A DNA stretch of 64,000 bases from Microbotryum violaceum (Eukaryota): assembly GCA_001244265.2 (NCBI GenBank), contig CDLV01000018.1, positions 1 through 64,000 on the forward strand, read 5' to 3'. Positions 32,578 to 44,821 of the stretch are shown here, one piece after another (within the stretch, counting starts at the first letter, position 1; each line of letters opens with the position of its first letter). A model generated the notes under the pieces. The model saw nothing but the letters and a program-made list of their open reading frames with translations, was not told the origin of the DNA and did no database searches. Position numbers and translations under genes: made by a program.

Positions 32578-35500
32578 CTACTGCCCTCTCCTCCCCCAAG
32601 CTCCTCCCGCCCTCAGCTTCAACCTCTCCTCCAAGATGATCCTCCTCCTCACAACACCCTCCATCTTCGTCCCCACTTCTGCATCCCCCACCTCCCGCTG
32701 CTGATCATCTCCAAGACCAGCCCGGTGAATATTTCGATCGTCCTCCCGCTCCTTCTTGATCGCGTAGACTGGCCTTGAGCTTCGGAAGTCCGAACATGCG
32801 TTGAACAGCCGTGTAATGCGTGTTGTCGATCGTGTCGAGCCCCAGTGCGTCGCAGAGCACGCTCCTTGCCGCGATCCAAACGTTCCCAGAGTCAACGCAG
32901 TCGAAAAAGTAGTGGTCGGTGTCGTCCACCGGCGCCTCGCAGACGAGGCACACGGGAGAAGTGTCGTGATTCTGTTGGTGTTGCAGCTTGCGCGTCGGGG
33001 TGAAGCGGAGAATCAGCTTGAACCAAACTTCCCTCTCCCTCGCCGTCAGTGCCTTCGAGTTGACCGCCTTCCAAAAGCTCCTGAGGTCGTCCGGCTGCGG
33101 TGGTCCCTTGAGCCCGAGCGTGTTGGTAAAGGCCTTCGCGTTCAGGACCCGGCGGATGCGACGGATGGTGTACGGTCGAGCCATGTTCAGCAGCTTGTAC
33201 TGGCTCGCCTGCTGTGGAAGCACCGGGTCCGGAAGGCGCTGCTCCATTGCGAAGCGGGCCACGGGCTTGGGGAGAATCGCCTCGAGCGGTGCGCTGGTGC
33301 CGATCCGGGGAGGCACGTTGAGCCGTCCTGCCGCCACCGCCACCGCCAAGGGCGTGTTCTTGTGTCGATCGACAGTAAACCGGTACCAGGCCGCGATTGC
33401 CAGTCGCTGCGGGAGCCCGTGTCGATCGTACTCGCTGTTGTCGCCGAGCACATCCGCCGGCGGCGTCCAAAGGTGAAACCCCCACCCGCATACAACTCGC
33501 GCCGGTAGAGATCCGCCACCTTCGGGTAGCCCTGGAGACGAAGGTAGTCAGGTATATGAACCGCGTCGATGGTCTGTCTCCCTCTGATGGGGTGTGGAGG
33601 CTGCCGAGCAAGGTGGGAAGCGCGAGCAGGTTCGCGGTGGTCAAGGTCCTCGGGTTGACCTGCGCGTCTTGCTGTTTCGGAACCCCAATGCTGCTCGCCA
33701 TCGGGGATGGAGGTCGCTGGGGATGGGAGTGGATGGATGTGGCCAGAGATCGGTGGCCAGGTCGAGGTCGGACTGAGCTCGCTGGAGTGCCACGCGCGCA
33801 AGTCCTTGCCAGATCGCGCCCGAACCGCCGAGAAGAACGTCCCAGATCCGTGCCGCAACCGCGTCCACGACGTCCTGCATCCTGATCACCCGAGTCCCCC
33901 CTTGAGCTTGGCTGTGAACACGATATCTCTGCCGTAGCTGGTCCTGCCCTTGCCCCCACGGACGAAATCGACGAGCATGTCATCGAGCTTCTTGACGACT
34001 TCGGGCGGCGGGATGTCGGCTGCAAGGAAGTGCAGGATCTTGGGGATGGCGTACCAATTGACGTAAAAGGCACGGGTGTGGTGTGTGAGCCAGCGATGCT
34101 GAACCCCTTCCAGCGTCGCCTCGAGGCGTTCGATGAGATTCGCGTAGGCGAGTTCGGTGTCGCCGCTCGGGTCGAAGGGGAGGCCGATCCACTCGAGCGA
34201 CTCGCCTGCGGCCTTGACGACGAGCGGGCGTTGCCCCGGGTCCCAGCGGCGTCCGATCGGTAGGACGACCGTCTTGTCCGTGTTGAGCCGGCCATTCGTT
34301 GCATGCCTCCAGTCGAGCGCCAGGTCATCGAGCAAGTTGAGTGACCCCAAGCCCGCGACGGCGACGACAACGTCATCGGCAAAAGCAAGCGATGTAATGG
34401 CGCGGCTCTGTGGGTACGGATGAAGTGCAGGTATGGAGAGATTCAGCGCGATGTTTCGACGGTGTAGAGCATCCAGAAACGGCTGAAACACGATGTCCCA
34501 GACCGACGACGACGCCGGGTCCCCTTGGCCGAGCCCACACGTCAGTCGTACCGGCGCCGTCAAGAACCCATTGATGATGTAGCGGGCCGAGGTCGAGTCA
34601 CCCGAGTAGAGCATCCTCAGCACGCGAAGAAAGGTGGCAGGAGCGCCCAGAGCGTCAAAGATGGCAAAGATCCAGTCATGCTCGACGAGGTTGTAGGCGG
34701 ACGATTGGTCAAGAGATAAGAGTGCGGCCGCGGGAACTCGGTCCTGCGCGCGCCAACTTCCTCGATCAGGAGACGAAGGTGTAGTGCAGCGTCAGCCGAT
34801 CGGCGGTCCTTGACGAATCCGTGCTGCTGCGGCGGGAGGAGATCCGGTAGAATTTGGTTCAAACGGGCGACATAGACCTTGGTAAAGATCTTGTAATCGC
34901 ACTCGCGCAGGGTGATCGGCCGGTACGCCGAAAGTTCGGCGCGATCAGCATTCTTCTTGTGTCGCTTGAAGATGAGGCGCACGAGTCCTTGGCCCTGCTT
35001 GGGAGAGAGTGAGCCTCGCTCTATCATCGCGTTGTAGGCCTTGGTCAGCACCTTGGCCCACGCCTTGGGTGCGGTCTGGTAGAGTTCGTAGGGCACGCCC
35101 GACGGTCCCGGCGATTGCCCCGGGTGCGTCGTCCCGATCGTGGCCACGACCTCGTCCTCGGTGATTGGTCGCTGGAGTAAGTCGTTCTGTGATTCCGAGA
35201 GTCGGCGCAGAAAGAGAGGATCCGAGCGCGGGTCGTCGCAAGTCCGCGCCGCCCTGATCGGCGCGAGGAAATCGTCCCGAAGTCGGTCGACGCGGTCCGG
35301 GTCACGAGGCTCAATGTGGTAGAGGCGCTGGAAATGCGCCTGCGTGTGGTCAAGAGCGACATCAATGTCATGCGTTAGCTCTCCGTTGCTCAAGCGCAGT
35401 GCTGTGATCTTGGAGTCCGAGTTCCGCGCGCGAGCTTGGCGTGGACCGGCCGCGACAGTCGTTCCTCGGAGGCGATCTCGGGTACGTGGGCTCGGATCCG

Positions 35501-36585
35501 GAGTAGGCGCGCGCGCTCCTCGACCGCCCGCTTGAGTTCCTCGGACGTCCTTGTCCATTCTGCCGTTTCCGCCTCCCCCATTCCGGTATCGCCTCCAGAT
35601 CCTGCACCCTCCCCACCAAATACTCCATCCGTTCCGTCCGCTCCCGATGCAACCTCCTCGCCATCTCCCACCCCTATCCCTGCACGCCTTCAGAATGACC
35701 TCGAGCTCCCCCACCGGTTCCTCCCCGCTTGCCCCTTCCAACCATCCTTCCATCATCCGCTGGAATTCCACCGTCTTAAAGGTTGTGGTGTTGATTCGAT
35801 GTAGTTGGTTTGATGTGGTAGGTAGGCTGAGCTGTGGGAGGGTCGCATCAGGATCGTCTGAGAGAGCCAGCACAATCAAGACCGGTCGGTGATCGGAAAG
35901 CTCCTTGGGATAGTCGTAGATCGTCGAGGCCTGATCGAGTCTTTTTTGGTGTGTCCGTTGCAGGAGAAAGTAGTCAAGCCGGGAGAAGGAGTTGGGTCGC
36001 TTGCGATTGGGATTAGGTCGAGTGAAGGATGGGGTGATGGGTGTTTGTAGCGGATGCAGTCCGTGTAGGCCGAGTCGAGCTTGCCGATCAGGATTGGCCA
36101 GTGGTGGCCGCGCCAACTTTGGTTCCGCCGATCGACTTCTGGGCGCGGGCAGTCGTTGAGATCACCGCCAAGGAGTCGGAGGTGGGATTTCTGTGTTTTG
36201 TGAAATAAGAGTTTGTCAAAGAATTTCGCTCGTTGCTTTGGGTCAACGGGCGCGTAAACGTTGTTGATTTCTAGAATTTTGATGTCGCCCGCAGACGAAA
36301 GGACGTGACGAGGAGCCGGCCGTCGAGTGCCGAGTGGGTGCGCAAGAGCTCGGCGTCGATCAGGGGGGAGTCAGCCGGAATTAGAGTCAGACAATGTTGG
36401 TTGATGAAGAGCTTGCCCTCGTACTCGTCCTTGATGAGTTGCCAGAGGTGCGGTCTGATGAAGTGCTCTTGTATGAGAATGGCCGATGCTTTGAAAAGGG
36501 ATAGGTAGTTGTAAATGTCACGTCGTTTCTCCGGGACCCCCATGCCCCTCCTCACGTTCCAGGTGATGATGGTGTGCTTAATCAT
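32578..36585 (-). CDS. LINE family 2 ORF2: APE, RT, CCHC finger (frameshifted as assembled)
   Basis: [55 protein letters not shown]...DTDHYFFDC; the 3' boundary is approximate. Confidence 0.88.
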
Positions 36586-38831
36586 TAATGGGTAGTTGAG
36601 GTCGAAGCGCTCTTGGCGGTGGTGACGTCCTCAAAGAGGGGAGGGCGGGCAGGACATCGTCCTCGGCTCGTGGTCGGACCATCTTTTCTCCTCGGCTACC
36701 CCCTTTGCTTTCCCTCGGTCCACTTTCGTCACGCCAACCGGCATCGCCGCCGCCGCTGACATCGACCTCGTCACCCTCCGCCCCTCTGTTCCATCCTTGA
36801 CAACGACGCGGCTCTTCCCTTTGATGATCACTCGCTTGGCGTCGGTCGGTTCGTCACTCGGGTCACTGAGGTCCGCCGCAGTCTGCGACCTCTTCATTAC
36901 CGGCTTTTTGAACTTCGAAGCGGTCCCCCTGATATTGATGGAACGTATCTCACCGTCCTCATCCCACGTGGCAAAGTTGTGACGCACCAAAGGGGTTTCA
37001 GCGTCGAGCCTCCTCTCGATGCTTTGGTCCCGCTCGAGTCGTGCCTGCTCAACCCAGTTAGCTCTGATCCTGTCCCACTCCTCCCCCTCGCGAAGCGACT
37101 TGGCAAGAGTTTCGGGTGACAAAGGTGGGGTTGGTTCGTGGGTGTCGATTCGCGGGAAGCGGTGGCGGCGGTTGCTGTTGCGTCGCTGTCGTCGTCATTG
37201 CCCAGCCTGTTCGTCTCCCCTAAGTCCGTCGCTTCCGCGTTCTCCGCTTTCGTCGCTCCCCCTGCCTCGTCCACATCGTCCACCTCCGTCGCCACCTCCC
37301 TTTCCTCCATCTCCGTCGCCACCTTGCCTTCTGTTTCGCCCCTTCCATCCGCCATCACCTCATCCTCATCAATCACCTCTCCATCGGATCCTCCGCAGTC
37401 CTCTAAAACCGACTCGTCCTCGCTCTTAAGTATGATGGCCTCCGTTTTCACGGTCGCCTCTGATTCCATCTCCGAGTCCTCCGAGTCCTCGTCATCCGCC
37501 TTATCACCAGCGTCCTCCTCCCCCGATTCCTCTGGCCCCTGTCCGCTCTGGCCAGTTACCGCTTCCTCCTGTCCCTCCTCAACCTCGAGCCCGGCGAAGC
37601 GATTCTGTGATGCGATCCTGTTAACAACCGGCACAGGAATGGGGGCCTCGGCCTCCGCAATGTTGGTGTCGTTGGTGATGGTGTTCTTGTTGGCGTTGGT
37701 GTTGCCGTTGCCGTTGCCGTTGTGAGCCTCCTTTCGCTTGCTCTCCTGATCCAGTCCGCAGGTTCCCACGTGACCAACGAAGTGGCACCTACTGCAAGCC
37801 GCCTCCTTCTCATAGTCATGGCGAAGGGCGGTGACGGGGATGCCTCGAGTGGGAAGGCCGATTCTCGAAGGTAGGATCTCTTTCAAGGTCGTGTTAGGGC
37901 GTTTGAACAGGGAGTCATCATCGAAGTGTAGGAAAGCTGAGTAGTCTCCGGCAACGTGGGCAAAGGCCGAGGCGTTGTCCACGCTGATAATGCGCAGAAC
38001 CTGCACAAGTTGGCACGAATGTCCCTTGCCTGACAAGTCCTGCACTAGTAATTGGAACGATTTGATGATGGCATCCATGGAAGGCACTCCTTGAACACCG
38101 ACGTTGATTCGAAGCTCGACCATGTTATGGTGGAACCTGTGAGATTTCGCGAAGCGGGCCTTCGCCGATCGCCAAGTGAGAGCAGGGGGCGTCGTAAGCG
38201 CAGCGTCACGTGCCTCGCCGGTGACGAACCCAACTGTAACGCGATGGTGAGCCGCCCCATTACGCAGGATTGATGAATGTTGTACGCCTAGGATCTGTGG
38301 TTGATAGGCTGCAAGGTGGTCCGGCAGAGGAACTCCAGGCTCAAAGCAGATAGGAGAGATCGGCGATAACAGCCTCGTGACGCAGGCCACGAGATCGGTC
38401 TTGTCGGCATGAGACGCTCGCGAGGCGCTCTGGTGAGACAGAGTCACTTCAAGGGCGTAATCAAAGATGTTCTCGACAGACCGGTTCGCGTTCAAGGCCG
38501 AGAATTTCAGCGATGTGGCGGTGGCGACGGGGTAGAGTTCGGCGAAGTAGATGGCCTGGACCCAACGATCCATGCGGTTTCCGGGTACAGCACCCATGGC
38601 TTGTAGGAGGCTGCCCAGAGCCTTGGCACGCTGTTGTTGTTGTTGCTGTTGTTCAGGTGACTGAGTCGCCTGACTCGCAGCGGCGGCATAGTTGGGTGCG
38701 GCGGTGGCGGGGCCCGTGGCTTGCGTCTTCTTCGAGCTTATCGGGATCTGGTCGCGGGGTGGCTGGACGCTGGTGGCGGACACCGGTGGTGGCGGTGCCG
38801 GCGGTGGGGACCCAGGGTCTCCTGTAGACAT
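36585..38831 (-). CDS. LINE family 2 ORF1 (zinc knuckle, acidic tract)
   Basis: 644-aa ORF at 36897-38831 with [13 protein letters not shown], continued by 36631-37122; its TAA overlaps the ORF2 ATG. Confidence 0.82.
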
Positions 38832-40257
38832 CTTGTCGGTGTATCACTTGTTAACTCGAGTATCGAAGACTGCGGTAGGGCGATTTCGAAGTGAAGTGAA
38901 GTCAAGTGGCGACTGATACGAGTGTCCAGTGTCAATTCTACATACTTTGGTCCTGTGATCCTTGTCGTCGTCGCTCAGGTGTACACTCCAACAGGGTGTA
39001 TTACACTTTTTTCAATAGATAAAGGTCGGCAGTTCGGATCCCGGTGGGGCATTTTTGAAGGATGCTATTTTCGCCCGCCGCGGAGAAAAGCCCGAGCAGG
39101 ACCGGCGCAAGGTTTAGCCCTTGGGCCGACCTAGTTATTTGATCTCTAATGGCCGTGACGAATGAATGAATGAACGGTGGGGCCATTAGAGATTCGTCTA
39201 ATCATGCTTAGAGTATCTCTAAGTCTGGTGGTGGCGGGTGTAAGGCTCGGTTGCCTTACGCTATTTAACTACCCTTCTGATTTCAATATGCATCTATTGA
39301 AATTGTCAGTCTTTTGGACTGTGTAACCTAGTCGTGAAGGGCCTGGGGTATTACAGCCAGAAGGAAGCAAACAACAACACCGGAAGGCACAACAAGCACC
39401 ACAACAACCCAACCAACACAACTACCAACAACAACGCTTCCGAGGTTGTGGCCCCTAGCCGCGGCCTCGGAACCGACCAACTCGCATCACGGAACCATTT
39501 TGCGGGGCTCAAGGTCGAAGGAGAACAGGAGGAGGATGCAGGAAAGCAGGTCGAAGAAGGAGACGAGGATACGGGCGCCAAGGCGGACAATGAGGATTCG
39601 GACTCGGATGGGAACGCCGGAGCGGGCATTGACAAGGCGGGAGGCGACGGCAAGGATGACGACAAGGACGATGACAAAGACAACGACGAGGACAACAACA
39701 AGGACGAACAGGACGACAGCTCGGAGGAAAGCAAACGAAGGGAGGACAAAGGAAACGATGGGGATGACGTGATGAAAGATGGAGCAGAGGAGGACGACGA
39801 AGGGACGGCGACGGAGGTGGAAGAAGAGGTCGAGCAGGAACAGGGGGTACAGGACGACAGCACCATGATCATTGACGACGACCAAACGACGATCACCACG
39901 GTTTCCCGCAAGTCGACTCCTCGGAATCCCTTGTGGCCTCCACTATCTCCGGAGACGTTGGCAAAGTTGCTGCGGGAGGGTGCAGAGTGGGACCAAGCTA
40001 ACGCCGAAGCTGCTGCACGTGTCCAAGCAGAAAAGGAGGCAATCATCAATGCCCAACTCAACGCGGAGGAACCGCTTGTTCGCCACCAATTTGCAGAGTG
40101 GGGTCAGGAAGGTGGACAACTGCGATTCATCAACATTTGTGGCACCGGCTCCTGGTCAAACAAGAAGATGAAGAGGTCGCAAACGGTGGCCAATCTCAGC
40201 AATTCGAGTGACAACCCGGTTGATGTCAAGCGCGTTCTGAACAAGGTCAAAGGTTGA

Positions 40258-40482
<225 letters not shown>

Positions 40483-40778
40483 TGATCAAGCACCTCGTCA
40501 CCAGCTGGAACGTGAGGAGTTGCATGGGGATCCCGGAAGAGCAACGCAACATTAACACCTATTTATCAACATTCAAAGCATCCGCCATTCTACTACAAGA
40601 ACACTTCATCAAACTGGAACTCTGGCAATGTATCAAGGACGAGTACGAGGGCAAGGCCTTCATCAGCAAACACTGTCTGACTCTGATCCCCGCCGACTCG
40701 CCCCTGATCGACGCCAAGATTTTGCGCACCCACTCGGCACTCGACGGACAAATCCTGGTCACCTCCTTTTGACTTTGA

Positions 40779-41906
<1,128 letters not shown>

Positions 41907-43339
41907 TGATCGGCGGACGCGTCTTTCCATCTGCGACTCTTGATCGAGGAGCTGGGCGCACGCGGCACCGAGTTCCCTGACGCGGCGCTCTTGTCTCTAG
42001 ACCAATCGTCGGCTTACGACCTCATCGAGCACGAATGGATCTTTGCCATCTTCGACGCTCTCGGCGCTCCTGCCGCCTTCCAACGCGTTCTGAGGATGCT
42101 CTACTCGGGTGACTCGACCACGGCACGATATATCATCAAAAACTTCTTGACTCCGCCGGTGCGGCTGACGTGTGGGCTCGGCCAAGGGGACCCGGCGTTG
42201 TCGTCGGTCTGGGATGTCGTGTTCCAGCCGTTCCTGGATGCTCTGCACCGTCGAGGCATTGCGCTGAACCTCTCGCTTCCTACCATTCACCCCTACCCAC
42301 AGAGCCGCGCCATTACATCTCTTGCGTTTGCTGATGACATCGTCGTCGCCGTCGCGGGCTCGGAGTCACTCACCTTGCTCAACGACCTGGCGCTCGACTG
42401 GAGGCTCGCAACCAATGGCCGGCTCAACACCGACAAGACCGTCGTACTACCCATTGGGTGTCGCTGGGAGGCTGGCGATCGTCTGCTCATCGTCAAGACC
42501 GAGGGCAAGTTGCTCGAGTGGATCGGCCTATCTTTCGACCCCACCGGCAACACCGAACTCGCCGACGTGAATCCTGTCGCACGGCTCGAAGTGGTGCTCG
42601 ATTCGGCCCGGGACCGGGGGCTCACACACCACACCCAAGCGTTCTACGTCAACCGATACACCATTCCCAAGATTCTGCACATCCTCTCTGCCGACATCCC
42701 ACCGCTCGAGGTCGTCAAGGAGCTTGATTGCATTCTCGTCGACTTTGTCCGCGGCGGCAAGAGGAGGTCGTGCTATGGCAAGGACGTCGTCTTCACACTG
42801 AGGTTCAAGGGGGGTCTTGGGGTCATGCGGATGCAGGACGTCGTCGACTCGGTTGCGGCACGCATCTGGGATGTGCTTCTTGGCGGTTCAGATGCGATCT
42901 GGCAGGGACTCGCGCACGCGGCAATTGTACGAGCCCATCCCGCCCCCGACTTTGACTTGGCAACTGATGCGTGGCCTTGCGACTACACTCCGATCCGAAC
43001 CGATCTAAACCCAAGATGGCAGGCCGTGTTGAAGGTACCATTGACGCACAATGCGCAAGTCAAGCCGAGGACGTTGACGCTCGCAAATCTTCTCGCTCTT
43101 CCGATCAAGTTGCACACCCTTCACTACCTACCAGGAGCACCAGCTGTGTCGCGATCACCCTACGACGCCAACTATGCTGCGTTTGCCAATTACACCAAGG
43201 TAGCGGACCTGTTTTGACGCAAGCTGTACCCGGGCGGGGGCTTTCATCTCTGGACGCCGCCGACGGATGTGGTTGTCAGCAACAGCAAATATGATCAATG
43301 GGGCCGCCCACAACGAGAGCACATTGTGGCATGGTACCA

Positions 43340-44821
43340 ACATGCGATCAATCGATTAAGGTTCACACCAATATCTCAACCGGTGGCGGCAGTACAAATC
43401 AACGGGCCTCCCCGAGTCCGCTGAAAGGCACGAGATTGCTCTCGAGCCTCACTGGTTCCGAGTCCAAACTGAAAGGATCAAAACGTATAATTCGCAGGCG
43501 AAGATAAACTACTCAAAAGACTAAGGTCAAGAGGCGCCCATGGCGCCGCGCGCAGGGTGGCTTGAGGCGGTCATGAGGCGCTAGTGGAGCCGCGCCTTAC
43601 ACTCTCCCCAACTTGAATCAATCCCCTCATCCAGCTTCTAATCCAAACGAACAAGCGTCCTCCTTATCAGTTTGGGATGCAAGCCAACGGGCATCATCCT
43701 CTTCTGAGTCACTTGAGATGCCAACAAATGCTGTCGAGTCCCCTGACTCCTGGTCCTCTTGGATTGCAGCAACCATTTGCGGTCCAGGTGTTGGTCGCGA
43801 GGGAGCGGGTGTCAATGAAGTGCCTGGCTTGGAAGGACAGTCCGCCGCAATGTGACCGTGAACATCACAGTGGAAGCAGCGCCCCTCATGCAGAGCCTTG
43901 TCCCTGGGTGTGCGGTCCAAACCAGCCATTGGTCAACCACTCGTCTGATGAGCTGTGCTGTTGTTCTGTTCTTGGTGCACTTGGTCATTTCGCAAACCCA
44001 TGCGTCGGACCCCTGTTGTTGCGCGCTCAAGAGTGATTGCTTCCCACAAGGACTGAAGATACGCAACAAGTTGGTTCATCGTGAATTTGGCCACATCAAA
44101 CGACGGGGAGGCGGTTGCGCGGAGGTAAAGAAGCTCGTCACAGCGGTGTAGGAGATGATCCTTGAAGAGCTCGTCCGAGATTACCTGGGTCCCGCCAATT
44201 GATCCCGCTTGGCCACGTGCTGCGATCAACGTTGCCACAAAATCACTGAGGGTCCCTGTTCGGTGCGCGTTGTAGAACGCATGTTTTGCCCCCAGCCCGG
44301 TCTTCTCGTTGATAAATTGGGCCTTGACCTCCTGGGCAAACTCGGGCCACGACTTGAGTGCCTTCACTTTGTCGCGGCAATCGATGTACCAGTCCGCGCC
44401 TTTGCCCTCCATCTTGCAGCCAGCCTCGCGGATGAGGTGCACGGCAGCGATCTTGCCGCCGTAATTCCACTCCGCCGACTCAATCGCGTCTTTGCAGCCT
44501 GCCAGCCAACGTGTCACATCCCTCGATTTGAAACCAGCATTCAGCGTCGGCAGCTCGAGCTTGACCCGCCGCGCTACATTGTCCGTGTGAGGCGGCCCGT
44601 CACGAGTACCGCTCGACATTGCTGTATTCGTTCCTTGGTCTTGGCGGCGTTCGGGTTGGTGTTCTTGGGGCTGGGCAGGGGTGGGGGTAGGGGGGCCACG
44701 TTCGTGTTGTGGTAGCGGTATCTTGGTATCTGTACCGGTTCTGGTGTCTTGTATCTGTATCGTATTGCTATCGGTTCTTGTCTGTATTGTATCTGTTTCA
44801 GTATCGGTATCTGTCTGTGTT
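43340..44821 (-). mobile_element. Gag-only Gypsy-type LTR element remnant (leader, gag, PPT, 3' LTR)
   Basis: gag from ATG ~44619 (W.EFAQEVKAQF, CFHCDVHGHIAADC) to stop at 43627, purine tract TGGGGAGAG, LTR starting TGTAAGG at 43601; the distal LTR end is approximate. Confidence 0.72.

Larger units (their letters stand above)
31922..38911 (-). mobile_element. L1/Tx1-like LINE family 2, copy a, apparently full length
   Basis: ORF1, ORF2, 3' UTR and A15 tail (31922-31936). Confidence 0.93.
24091..39355 (+). mobile_element. Small non-autonomous LTR element D with dissimilar LTRs, split by the LINE train
   Basis: TGTAAGG at 24091, TATTACA ending at 39355, TSD GCCAG at 24086-24090 and 39356-39360. 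First LTR = 24091-24214 plus 38912-39005; second LTR = 39239-39355 after a G-rich tract. Confidence 0.7.

Noticed and set aside
38908-38915. Shared CAGTCGCC at the 5' ends of both LINE families (also 30889-30896)
   Set aside because: Half the motif at 38912-38915 belongs to the interrupted LTR D, so the match is ambiguous
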